Shown here: positions 1-12,032 of the stretch, piece by piece
Layout of the letters: every line of letters begins with the position of its first letter
Numbering within the stretch: the first letter of the stretch is position 1
NCBI RefSeq assembly: GCF_001194135.2
Contig: NC_068981.1
Span: 190,051,443 to 190,115,442 of the forward strand
Source: Octopus bimaculoides
Lineage: Eukaryota
Length of the DNA: 64,000 nt
Reading direction: 5' to 3'
Program-made: the position numbers and the translations under genes
The notes under the pieces: model-generated
The model's input: the letters and a program-made list of their open reading frames with translations, nothing else
What the model was told of the DNA's origin: nothing
The model's database searches: none

Positions 1-84
1 CTCCTGGTTATTACCTGGGTAGGTACAGTCTTTTGTAAAGTTGTACACTAGCAGGTGGTTCGGTTGGTAGACCGTAGTTTAGAT

Positions 85-283
85 TATATAGGAGAAGAAA
101 ATGGATGTAATAACAATGGGGAACTCATCATTTTCACTGGTATGCCTTTAATTTAATTAGATAACAAAGAAGAAAAAAGCAGAGAAGCTGCTTCTTCCTT
201 CTTTGTTATCTAATTAAATTAAAGGCATACCAGCGATAACTACGAGTTTCCCATTGTTATTACATCCATTTTCTTCTATATAT
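85..283. repeat. Fold-back (long inverted repeat), arms about 90 bp
   Basis: AGAAGAAAATGGATGTAATAACAATGGG...GGTATGCCTTTAATTTAATTAGATAACAAAGAAG is mirrored by CTTCTTTGTTATCTAATTAAATTAAAGGCATACC...CCCATTGTTATTACATCCATTTTCTTCT. Confidence 0.9.
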
Positions 284-1530
284 ACGTATATGTATATGCG
301 CAAAACAAATGCTACCACAATTTATAATCTTTCCTTTTTATCAATGTGCCATTAAAACACCAACACAGATTAGATTAAATAAGGAAACCTTTTTCATTCA
401 AAAATACAAACCCAAACTTAACCATTGCTAACACATTTAAATAAGGAAATTCATCACCCCACTGGGAAAAAAAGGGGGGGGGGGGAATATAGAACAAAAC
501 CATGGTAAATTAATCAAATTCTACCACCTCCTAGATTTCGATTATCTCCCCTATACCGGAAGAAATCCCTAATTACCTCCCCTATCTAGAACTCTTCTTT
601 CTCAGACTGGAACGAACACGACACAATGAAGTAGAGAAATTTGAAAAGACAACACGAAACCNNNNNNNNNNNNNNNNNNNNNNNNNNNNNNNNNNNNNNN
701 NNNNNNNNNNNNNNNNNNNNNNNNNNNNNNNNNNNNNNNNNNNNNNNNNNNNNNNNNNNNNNNNNNNNNNNNNNNNNNNNNNNNNNNNNNNNNNNNNNNN
801 NNNNNNNNNNNNNNNNNNNNNNNNNNNNNNNNNNNNNNNNNNNNNNNNNNNNNNNNNNNNNNNNNNNNNNNNNNNNNNNNNNNNNNNNNNNNNNNNNNNN
901 NNNNNNNNNNNNNNNNNNNNNNNNNNNNNNNNNNNNNNNNNNNNNNNNNNNNNNNNNNNNNNNNNNNNNNNNNNNNNNNNNNNNNNNNNNNNNNNNNNNN
1001 NNNNNNNNNNNNNNNNNNNNNNNNNNNNNNNNNNNNNNNNNNNNNNNNNNNNNNNNNNNNNNNNNNNNNNNNNNNNNNNNNNNNNNNNNNNNNNNNNNNN
1101 NNNNNNNNNNNNNNNNNNNNNNNNNNNNNNNNNNNNNNNNNNNNNNNNNNNNNNNNNNNNNNNNNNNNNNNNNNNNNNNNNNNNNNNNNNNNNNNNNNNN
1201 NNNNNNNNNNNNNNNNNNNNNNNNNNNNNNNNNNNNNNNNNNNNNNNNNNNNNNNNNNNNNNNNNNNNNNNNNNNNNNNNNNNNNNNNNNNNNNNNNNNN
1301 NNNNNNNNNNNNNNNNNNNNNNNNNNNNNNNNNNNNNNNNNNNNNNNNNNNNNNNNNNNNNNNNNNNNNNNNNNNNNNNNNNNNNATAATATGCATTATG
1401 TATAGCAAGGGCACGGTATATCCTTTGCAACCACAATATGCTACCAAGTGTATTAAAAGTTTGTAAGTCAATACTGTGCCTTACTTTTGTAGTTTTCTCA
1501 GTTTTAAGTTTATTTTTGCAGAGCCGCTTG

Positions 1531-2004
1531 ACTAGCTCCCGTGCCGGTAGTATATAAAAAGCACATCCGAACGTGGCCGATGCCAGTACTGCCTCACTGG
1601 CTCCCATGCCGGTAGCACATAAAAAGCACCATCTGAACGTGCCCGATGCCAGTACCCCCTGACTGGCTCCTGTGCCGGTAGCACATAAAAAAAGCACCAT
1701 CCGAACGTGGCCGATGCCAGCCAGTGCCCCCTGACTGGCTCCCGTGTCGGTTGCACGTAAAAAGCACACTCCGAGCGTGGCCGATGCTAGGCCCGCCTGA
1801 CTGATTCCTGTGCTGGTGGCACGTAAAAAGCACCGACTACACTCTCGAAGTGGTTGGTGTTAGGAAGGGCATCCAGCTATAGAAACATTGCCAGATGAGA
1901 TTGGAGCCTGGTGCAGCCGCTGGCTTTCCAGACCTCAGTGAAACCATCCAACCCATGCCAGCATAGTAAACGGACGTTAAACGATGATGATAATGATGAT
2001 GATT
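1531..2004 (+). mobile_element. RTE-LINE 3' tail / SINE family D with about 5 tandem 65-70 bp units
   Basis: Repeated ACTGGCTCCCGTGCCGGTGGCACGTAAAAAGCACC units, then GGTGTTAGGAAGGGCATCCAGC...AACCCATGCCAGCAT...CGTTAAAC(GAT)n. The same tail follows the RT remnant at 55340-56555. Confidence 0.85.
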
Positions 2005-3299
2005 TAGGACCAGCTCTGAAATTTACGTTTCGTATACAAATAAGTCTATGTAAACAATGCGAGCGAAGATAGAAAAAAATTGGTAACGGGTGTATATGCA
2101 TATTTCTAGAGTTATTGCTTTTTCATCAGTACTACATCCAACTCCTCAACTACCCGCGAATGCATTGTATAAATACTCACTACGCTTAGCAACGAGATAC
2201 AATTGGATAGACACATTTACAAATAGCACACATTCCTGGCGACTGATACGTGAATATTAATTGATAACGAGGGCACAGTTTTGCTAGCAAAACGAAATTA
2301 TAACTTAATAATCATTCAACGTATATATACATCTTCTTTGGATATTGTGTGTGTGTGTTTATGTGTTTGTGTATATATACGCACACATTCATGGGTATAT
2401 ACACACATATATATACTGGCATTCATGCATATGAATATGTTTTTTTGCGTGTATGAATCTATGTATATGCAAGCGTATGTATGTGTACAAGAAAGAGTTT
2501 ATTGGTATCATGTAATTTTGTATCTATACGTATCTACATGTGTCTTTAATATACATATCATTAACATTATTTTTGTCTGCAATATAAAATAGCTACCATC
2601 CTTTTAATAGATCTAAAAAATTTTTAACTCTATCATATGTCATATTCTACAATTTGGATTAATTTTAGATATAAAATACTTCCATATTAGCTATTATTTA
2701 ATGGAAATATTATATGTCGTATGAAAAAAGAATTATATATGCGTAATATATTTGATATTTTCTTTTAAATATCATTTCATTAATAAAAAGAAATGTAACA
2801 TTTAATTCCGACATTCTGGAATGTATTTCTGGTATAATTAAGTAATGTTTTATACAGAGACATTGGACAGGAAACCTAGCGATTGTAGTGGTGGTATTTA
2901 TCATATTCAGTTTACAAAATTATATAGAATATTTTTGATTCTGCAGCAGTTGTTATTATTTTAACTCTAGAATTCCGTTCAAGATAAGAAGGTCATTGAC
3001 ATGATGGTATTAAATATGTATCTTTGGGTTAATCTTTGATAGGAGATTGTTAACTAATCTATTGGGATAAAGACTTGTAAAATATAGAATACGAGAACAA
3101 TTAAGACACGATGAAAGAAACTTAGTTAAACGAGTATCTAAATAGTGATAAATTATTAGCTGTCTAATTATTCATCAAAAACGATTTATTCATTAAAAAT
3201 TACAGTTTGTGATGACTAAGCGAGATGAAAAGTTGTACCAAAAATCGTAACTTCACTTTACTATTTCACGCCATGAAGGCGGCGAATTAGTAAACTTTT

Positions 3300-3590
3300 T
3301 AGGGGACCAGCAAGAGTATCAGAAGGCATAAAGAGGAATATAAAGGAAATCGGAATAGAGTGCCCAGTAGAATTGTTACAAAAGGCCGTGCCAACAAGGC
3401 ACGGCCAGAATAACCAGGAAAATATTAGATAGCTGAAAAGAATATATAGCATGGTACCGTAGGCTGCAGGTTGTAAGCCCGCTATATATGCAAGACACCA
3501 GGCGCTCCAACAAAACCTGTGATAAAGAGAAAATAGCAACAACAACAACAACAACAAAAACAACATTAATAATACTAATAAGACAGTTCC
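3300..3590 (+). mobile_element. 3' end of R4/Dong-like RLE non-LTR retrotransposon with (AAC)n tail
   Basis: Translates GIKRNIKEIGIECPVELLQKAV then (frameshift) ARITRKIL, matching the typical RLE C-terminus LQK..LLGTARI.RK.L; ends in (AAC)n/(AAT)n. Confidence 0.65.
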
Positions 3591-3704
3591 AGCGAATAGT
3601 AGTTGTGAGACACGGTAGCAAGGAAAAGAAAGTTGAAGAAGGAACTCGTGAAAAAAGAAAGGAACTCTGTGAAAAGAAAAGGAAAGTAACTCTGTGAAAG
3701 GAAA

Positions 3705-4560
3705 AGAAAAAGAAAGGAACTCTTCATGTCCACTCCGCTAAAATGTTATACGGACACCATTCTCTAGAAGATTCTTCTCTTTCAATCGAGAAGCCAACAG
3801 TTCAGCAGAATTTTTTGAGAGGTCCAAGTCACGAATTAGATCATTCATCTCTACCTGGGAGAATAACTGAGGTAAAGTCTCAATTGAAAAGTCTTTGATC
3901 TCTAGTGTCTTTTTCAGGTGATGAATCTTCTTTGGTTGGGGATAAAGTTGTCTGTGGCAAGACATTGAAGACAGGAACAGGAAGCTCTTCACTGTGTGGA
4001 ACTGGTCTAATAGCAGAGGCAAAATTAGGATAGACAAAAGTGTTTGTCGATTTTTCCGGTTAATACACTTCAAATTTTGGTTACAAAAATAGCAGTCGTC
4101 CACGTGATTATATCGCTCCCGCCATATCATTGGTTTTGCAAACTTCATACTTTTCCTTGTCCTTTAGTTCATTGTTGCAAAATGTTCTGTACATTGTTTG
4201 CAGACACTATGCGGTGCCCAATATTGATCTTGGTCTCCCAGCTTGACCCCAAAATGTGCCATATATGCTCTTTCAACAAAATCAGTGATGTTTTTCCGAT
4301 TTTCAGGTAATGTGTATTCTCCACAAACATAACAGAACACATTTGGAGAATTAAGGCAACACTTTCTTGAAGCGGACATATTGCAATAATAAACATCTTC
4401 AGTTGTTTGAAACTGTAGTATCAAATGCGAATGTGTATGAAATATCAATGAATGATATAGATGGGAAATGTAAAAAAAAAAGCGTTTTCAAAACAGTCGA
4501 TATTTTTGTAGTTCAAAAATTGTGATTTATAACATAAAATGTCTTCTAGAATTATCCAGA
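3705..4560 (-). mobile_element. Chapaev(-3)-like DNA transposon, 5' half, frameshifted transposase
   Basis: MSASRKCCLNSPNVFCYVCGE...LGDQDQYWAPHSVCKQC...PMIWRE..NHVDDCYFC (Chapa-type Cys/His domain), then LFSQVEMNDLIRDLDLSKNSAELLASRLKEKNLL; ATG at 4379; several frameshifts; truncated near 3705. Confidence 0.7.
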
Positions 4561-5914
4561 GCTAATAATGGCAAAGTTTAACAACTAAATATCGTTAAAC
4601 CCACCTCTGCAAAAGCATTGTACATAAGCAATTTAATTCAAATACAACAAACAGCCGGCAGAGAGACTGTTTTTAGCAGATCCCCAATTGCAGGTAATGG
4701 GTTAAAGTCATCTTCGGTGTTTGAAAAATAATTTTCTCTCTAATTAAATGTCCGTTTGACCGTGCAAATTATTTGTAGTCAAAGTATTTGTATTCATTGT
4801 TGAACATTTATAGAAACATCGGTTTCTTCTTGGAGTAGGCGTATTCACCTTGTTCTTGTTACTGGTGTTGCTGTCATCGAGTCTTAAAATAATTCCGAGT
4901 TTAAGGCAAGTCAGACCAGAATATTCTAATCTGGTCTGACATTCGTCCCAATGAGGTAAAGGGCAAACAATCAATAATTACCTTTGTTTTGTTATTGTAA
5001 TCACATAAAAACTTTTAAACGTTTCCAAGAAACAATCTCGATAATCCGCAAAGTACGGACTCGAATATAATCTCCTCTTATTCGGACAAACTCGAATACG
5101 GGGACAACACCGATTTTCGGGATACTGGTGATCCGGAACTTCTTATAATCCGCACTCATTTACGAGCTAGAACTTCAAATTCTCTTGGCCTCCCGATTAG
5201 TTTACTGGTACCATACAAACAGTGGTGGACTAGCCAGGTTTGCCAGCTTGCCCGATGGCAAATGGGCCCCTGTGTCATTAGAATCCATATATGGGGGCCC
5301 ATGTTAGTATCTAAGGGGTCCATCCCCTCAAGTTTGAGAATTTTTTATTCACTCCTGGAAGAATGTATTAATTGTTTCAGCCTGGCTGTGTTTGTAGACA
5401 GTTGAAAAGAATACTTTCAACAAAAAAAAAAAAAAAATTAAAAAAATTAAGTGATAGTGTAGTAGTCTGTGGTCTGTAGTTAAAATAGTTGAATGATCTA
5501 TCCTGCAGAAAGGATTATAGAGTAATCTCCCTTTAATAAGTTTTCCAAAACACCTACGTCATGACACGTGATTCTTAATTATTCAAGAAGCTTCGCGTTT
5601 CTCTTGGAACTTTCTAGAATGTCTAGCGTTCCATTAATAAAAACAGCTTGCTTGCCCTGCTCTTTGCTTCTTAGCCCTGCACACCCTTGTACAGTGTCCG
5701 GAGATTTCCGGCTTGATAATTTACGTCGAACACGTGTTGTTGCATCGAGATGAAGAATTGTAATCAGGCAAATCAACACCAGTACTCATTGCTTAAGCCA
5801 AGTAATTATTTTATCAGTCTCTTTGCCGAACCACTAGATTTCGAGGACGTAAACACATCAACACTGGCTGTTAAGGGGTAGTAGAAGATAAACGCAGACA
5901 TAAAGGCACACACA

Positions 5915-5933
5915 CCTATCTATCTATCTCTCT

Positions 5934-5977
<44 letters not shown>

Positions 5978-6060
5978 AATCTATCTATTTATCTATCTAT
6001 CTTATTTATTTATCAATCTATCTATTTATCTATCTATCTTATTTATTTATCAATCTATCT
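5915..6060. repeat. (CTAT)n/(CTTT)n microsatellite
   Basis: Direct reading. Confidence 0.95.
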
Positions 6061-6370
6061 GAAATTAACGTGCAAGTGGCTGAGCACTCCACAGACACGT
6101 GTACCCTTAATGTAGTTCTCGGGTAGATTCAGCGTGACACAGAGTGTGACAAGGTTGGCTCCCTTTGAAATACAACAGAAACAGGAAGAAAGAGTGAGAG
6201 AAAGTTGTGGCTAAAGAATACAGCAGGATTCGCCACCATCCCCTACCGGAACCTCGAAGAGCTTTAGGTGTTTTCGCTCAATAAACACTCATAACGCCCG
6301 GTCTGGGAATCGAAACCGCGATCCTACGACCGCTAGTCTGCTGCCCTAACCACTGGGCCATTGCGCCTCC
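6061..6370 (-). mobile_element. tRNA-derived SINE family C
   Basis: Reverse complement of the GGAGGCGCAATGGCCCAGTGGTTAGGGCAGC...GGTTTCGATTCCC head (A/B boxes) and of the body shared with 9009-9790. Confidence 0.9.
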
Positions 6371-6439
6371 ACACATTGTTAAGCAAAAGCTTGAAACCAA
6401 TTTTGAAAGTTCGGTGATTTATCCTTTTTTCCTTTTGTC

Positions 6440-6790
6440 TTTTTGCTTGTTTCAGTCATTTGACTGCGGCCATGCTGGAGCACCACCTTTGGTCGAACAA
6501 ATCGACCCCAGGACTTATTTTTTTATAAACGTAGTACTTATTCTATCGTTCTCTTTTTGCCGAACCGCTAAGTTGTCAAGCGACGGTAGGGGGACAAATA
6601 TAGACACACACATACACATATACACATTCACACATATGTATAAATATATATAATTATATATATACGACGGGCTTCTTTTAGTTTCCGTCTACCAAATCGA
6701 CTCACAAGGCTTTGGTTGGCCCAAGGCTCGAGGTGCCAAGCGGTGGGAGTGAACCCGGAACCATGTGGTTGGGAAGCAAACTTCTTAACA
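6440..6790 (-). mobile_element. SINE family B (internal microsatellite)
   Basis: Shares TTTCAGTCATTTGACTGCGGCCATGCTGGAGCACC and TTTCCGTCTACCAAATC-ACTCACAAGGCTTTGG blocks with the other B copies. Confidence 0.9.
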
Positions 6791-7060
6791 CGATTTATTT
6801 GTAATATTATCTATCTTTTAGTCCGGGTGGAAGGCAGGGCCTATGAACTTGCACGGGGCATTCGAGTCTAGAGAGAGGGATAGATGGAGGAAAGTGCCTT
6901 CAAAATGGATTTTCTTAAAGTATGTAAGGTGGCAGCTTATGGTGTTAAACTGGGTGATGGATTAAGTCTACCGGCCAGGCTGGCTGTGGCGGGATTTGAA
7001 CTCAGAGCATAAAAAGCCGGGAACAAATACAGCCAGCCTCCTGGCAAATGTTCTTACAAT

Positions 7061-7360
7061 ACAGTTCTATATTTAAGAGATGAGGAATTATGTACATTAT
7101 TTACATTTGACGGATATATGCCTACGGGCATATAGCGTAGTGGTTAAGAGTGCAGGTTACTAACCCTAAGATTCCGAGTTCGATTCCGGGCAGTGACCTG
7201 AATAATAATAATAATAATAACATCTAAAAATACCTTAGGAATGAGAACTCGGGTTCGAAATTTCCCCAAGACACCTGATGAAGTCTGGAGGGTATACCAG
7301 CCGAAACGTTGGGTTAGCAACAAATACGATGAGGACAAATATCCGTCAGATGTAAATAAG
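7061..7360 (+). mobile_element. tRNA-headed SINE with hammerhead-containing tail, inverted 3'-tail fragment at its 5' end, 11-bp TSD
   Basis: A box GCGTAGTGGTTAAG, B box GAGTTCGATTCC, (AAT)n, CTGATGA...GAAACGTT. 7061-7118 is the reverse complement of the family tail. GTTCTTACAAT occurs at both 7050-7060 and 7361-7371. Confidence 0.85.
7270..7315 (+). ncRNA. Minimal type I hammerhead ribozyme motif (decayed copy)
   Basis: GACAC CTGATGA A GTCTG gagggtatac CAGCC GAAA CGTT GGGTT; one stem II and one stem I mismatch relative to the 45243 copy. Confidence 0.7.
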
Positions 7361-7967
7361 GTTCTTACAATTTTGCCAACCCACCGGTCTCGACTGTTAC
7401 TTCATTTGGATCCGAAAGAATGAAAGACAAAATTTGACCTCGGTGATATTTGAACTCAGATCACCGAGAGTCAGAAGAAATGCCTTCAGGTATTCTGTTG
7501 AAAACCCTGACGCTTCTGCCGGTTCGATGCATAAATTACTTAAAGACGAGTCTGTAACATTCGATCACAAACCCAAACAGATTATATTTCCATTATACCA
7601 TTAGATTGAATAGTGAATATCGCGATTTAGTAGATATATTATGGATTGGAATAAAACATGAGCGTTGCTGTCGGTGTATTGTGAAGAAAACTATCTGGTT
7701 GTTTGTTGAAGTAGCTTTAGAAAATCAATACATTGAACAGAAGGTACGATGAACTAAACTATTGAACAGATAGCTTAACAACAAAAAGGTTAGAAAAGCA
7801 GGAACTTCTTCGGATGATGGCAATGCTTCGCAACACAGACTCCGCCAACGTAATATACGACATTTGTGGTATTTCATATTAGTCAACGAACAAATAACTT
7901 CAGGCCACCTATTTAAGAATACGTATACATAGCTGTATGTGGGTATGCATATGTTTGCATGTCTGCC

Positions 7968-7983
7968 TGTATTATTATTATTA

Positions 7984-8033
<50 letters not shown>

Positions 8034-8158
8034 GTTGTTGTTGTTGTTGTTGTTGTTGTTATTAATTCATTTAGGCTTAGTGATACTAATAGGCTGATAT
8101 TAGAACTCAATATACATATGCTTCAGAACAAAGCATCAGTCAAGTTCAGAATAGTCTA

Positions 8159-8192
<34 letters not shown>

Positions 8193-8675
8193 ACAGACAG
8201 GCGCGCGCGCGCATTCACACGCACGCGCACACGCAGGCAAACACAAACGTACTCATACAACACACACACGCACATACGGATACACATAGATACACACAGA
8301 TACACACACAACGCGCACACACATACACACGCATACACGCTCGCACACACACACATACACACACACACACATATACAAACACACGTGTACACACACACAT
8401 ACACACGCATACACACACAACGCACGCACGCGCGCGCGCACATACACACAACGCACACACGCAACACACATACACACGCACGCACACACGCAAACGCACA
8501 CGCACACACACACGTACGCACGCACACACATACACACACACGCACACACACACAACACACACACATGCACGCGCACACACACAACACACATACACACGCA
8601 CGCGCACACACACACACACACGCACAACAAACACACATACATACAACACACACACACACGCACATACACACACAG
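7968..8675. repeat. (ATT)n/(GTT)n tract and long degenerate (CA)n/(CACG)n tract
   Basis: Direct reading; source of the spurious HT/CV ORFs. Confidence 0.95.
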
Positions 8676-9008
8676 GCATATGTTTGCACAGCAGTAAATT
8701 CTTATGTATGCGAATATCCATATTTACTATTTTGAAAAATGACCAAAGAACAACAAAACCAAACAAAGAACAACAAAAAATATACAAAAAAGAACAACGA
8801 AAATCAATCATACCTGACTATGGCATATTTGATAATCAATGACCAACTTGGAACTGTAAGAACTTAGATCAATATCGTTATTTTTTTGTCATTGATCTGC
8901 TGTCACTTTCAGAATTACAACGTTACACAACACCTGTAACTATTGGTAGCATAGTAGATTGTTTTTTGCTTTCTAATCTGCATTCCTCTCTTGTGTATTC
9001 TGAAGTCT

Positions 9009-9790
9009 GGAGGCGCAATGGCCCAGTGGTTAGAGCAGCGGACACGCGGTCGTAGGATCGCGGTTTCGATTTTCTCACCGGCGTTGTGCGTGTTTATTGA
9101 GCGAAAACACTTAAAGCTCCACGTGGATCCGGCAGCAGGTGGTAGCGAACCCTGCTGTACTCTTTCACCTCAACTTTCTCTCACTCTTTCTTCCTGTTTC
9201 TGTTGTACCTGTATTTCAAAGGGGCCAGCCTTGTCATACTGTGTCACGCTGAATCTCCCCGAGAACTACGTTAAGGGTACAAGTGTCTGTGGAGTGCTCA
9301 GCCACTTGCACATTAATTTCACGAGCAGGCTGTTCCGTTGAATGAATCAACTGGAACCCCCGTCGTCGCAACCGACGGAGTTCCACGATATTCATGTGTG
9401 AAGGCACGTGACCCAGTGGTTAAGGCAGCGGACACGCGGTCGTAGGATCGCGGTTTCGATTCCCAGACCGGGCGTTGTGAGTGTTTATTGAGCGAAAACA
9501 CCTAAAGCTCCACGAGGCTCCGGCAGGGGTGGGGGTGGGGGTGGCGAACCCTGCTGTACTCTTTCACTTCAACTTCCTCACACTCTTTCTTCCTGTTTCC
9601 CTTGTATCTGTATTTCAAAGGGGCCAGCCTTGTCACACACTGTGTCACGCTGAATCTCCCCCAAGAACTACATTAAGGGTACGTGTGTCTATGGAGTGCT
9701 CGGCCACTTGCGCGTTAATTTCACAGGCAGGCTGTTCCATTGATCGGATCAACTGGAACCCTCGTCATCGCAACCGACGGAGTGCCACGA
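9009..9790 (+). mobile_element. Two SINE family C copies in direct tandem
   Basis: Heads at 9009 and about 9401, each ending in GGAACCC-CGTC-TCGCAACCGACGGAGT-CCACGA. Confidence 0.9.
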
Positions 9791-10415
9791 TTCTGAAGTA
9801 TAATGTTTATCTCAGAACACAGTAAGCATTTTCCTCTTCAGTCTACGTTTTCTTGTAGATAACCTAGCTTTGTTCGTTATTATTAATTTGAAACATTTTG
9901 TCTTTATTTCGCATTTTTTTTTTCAGACGATGCTCTTCCGCTGCAGTTTCTTCATTGATTGTTTCTCTTCCAAACAAGACTGTTTCACTTTAAACTTTTA
10001 CAGATTTTTAGTTCCATTGTTATTAAACTAATTTTTCTCTGTTTTAATTTGAATTCCTTTGTTAAANNNNNNNNNNNNNNNNNNNNNNNNNNNNNNNNNN
10101 NNNNNNNNNNNNNNNNNNNNNNNNNNNNNNNNNNNNNNNNNNNNNNNNNNNNNNNNNNNNNNNNNNNNNNNNNNNNNNNNNNNNNNNNNNNNNNNNNNNN
10201 NNNNNNNNNNNNNNNNNNNNNNNNNNNNNNNNNNNNNNNNNNNNNNNNNNNNNNNNNNNNNNNNNNNNNNNNNNNNNNNNNNNNNNNNNNNNNNNNNNNN
10301 NNNNNNNNNNNNNNNNNNNNNNNNNNNNNNNNNNNNNNNNNNNNNNNNNNNNNNNNNNNNNNNNNNNNNNNNNNNNNNNNNNNNNNNNNNNNNNNNNNNN
10401 NNNNNNNNNNNNNNN

Positions 10416-10457
<42 letters not shown>

Positions 10458-10645
10458 CTTGTATATATGCATATATGAATGTGTGTTTAAATACACATAT
10501 ATAAACATACGTATGTGTATGCATATATATGTGTGTATATATACATACACATACATATATATGTATATATATATATATATCTGTCTACTCATATTTCTAT
10601 CTATATCTACCTATCTGTCTGCATCTATATGCGTGTGTGTGTGTT

Positions 10646-10689
<44 letters not shown>

Positions 10690-10792
10690 TAGGTACATTA
10701 TGTAATGATTGTATGATTATAAATGTTATACACAACCTAATGCCTTTGTGTCTCTATGCATATATCTACGCATGTAAGCAGGTGAGAATATG

Positions 10793-10826
<34 letters not shown>

Positions 10827-11599
10827 GGGGGGGTGGGGGTGCGCGCGTGCGTGTGTGTGTATGTGTAATTCAGTTTGTTTTACATTTGAATCAAAACTGA
10901 ACAGTTTTCTCAAATGTTTCTTAGAAAAGAAATAATTGAAGATCTTTGTAATCAATATTACATCAGAAGAAGAGAATAGAATTGACTGAGGAGAGCAGAG
11001 GTTGGTCTAGCAAAGCAGAGCATTGTTAAAGGAGAGCAGCGGATTAGCTGAGGAGAGCAGATAATTGGGAAAAGAGAGCGTAGGATTGACTGAGGAGGAT
11101 TGGTGAAGAAGAGTAGAAATCTGCAGGACAACGGATAAAATATCTCGAATTTAAGGACATTCCTTTATATTCTGTGCTAAAATTAGTTAAGGCCGATATC
11201 AATCATATTTTATCATTCTAATGACAATTAAATATGTACCAGTCGTATATTGGAGTCGATAGGAGAGAATTCCCTTCCTAAAAGTCTTTACCACGCATGG
11301 ATATTAAAAATCAATGTTACACAACAAAAAATATTCACCATTTGAATTTATATTCATTAACAAAATACTAATTTTCGTTAGTCTATTGTGTGCTATTTTC
11401 AATACACGCATACGTTTACATACATACATACATACATACATACACACATACATACATACATACATACATACATACTTACATATATACATACATACATTCA
11501 TACAAAGTGTGGTTGAACTTGTTTTGATCTTGGGGAGAGAACGCAAATTCTTAATTCATACGCTACAAATACCATATTTTATTTTATTTTATTTATGTG

Positions 11600-11880
11600 C
11601 CCTTTTAAAACCTAGCCAGGCTCATGGGCCCGTTTTCCCGGTTTCTATGACATATGTGCCCCCTCCCCCCAGCTGGATGGGACGCCAGTCCATCACAGCT
11701 TTACTCAAGAAACAGGAAGAAAGAGTGAGAGAAAGTTGGGGCGAAAGAGTACAACAGGAGTCACCACCACCCCCTGCCGGAGCCTCGTGGAGGTTTGGGT
11801 GTTTTCGCTCAATAAACACTCACAACACTCGGTCTGAGAATCGAAACCGCGATCCTCCGACCGCGAGTCATTGCGTCTCC
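11600..11880 (-). mobile_element. SINE with C-type head and E-type tail
   Basis: C head block plus CCTAGCCAGGCTCATGGGCCCG tail shared with 25395-25620. Confidence 0.75.
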
Positions 11881-12032
11881 ACCATAATATTTGGGACTAT
11901 AACGATCTGGAAGACCTTAAGATTTAGAGGATGATTAACAAAACAAGATGCTTTCCTTCAAAATCTTGCTACCAAGCAGGTGGCCGGACAAAATTTACTC
12001 GATATTAAAACGAGAAAGTGAAGAGCACTCGG

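Noticed and set aside
1531-1835. CRISPR-like array, or twister/HDV ribozyme, in the 65-70 bp repeats
   Set aside because: There are no unique spacers and the units belong to a LINE 3'UTR. I could not fit the twister (UAA...GUnCnAAGCC) or HDV (nested P1-P4) consensus.
4700-4730. piggyBac-like end (TTAA-CCCATT on the minus strand)
   Set aside because: No matching second terminus found in the window.
5221-5330. hAT-type MITE start CAGTGGTGGACTAG (also CAGTGGTCCTCAACC at 23488)
   Set aside because: No partner TIR or 8-bp TSD located.
7126-7200. Functional tRNA gene (also at other SINE heads)
   Set aside because: A/B boxes are present but no complete cloverleaf or acceptor stem; the heads run into repeat bodies, so they are SINE heads.
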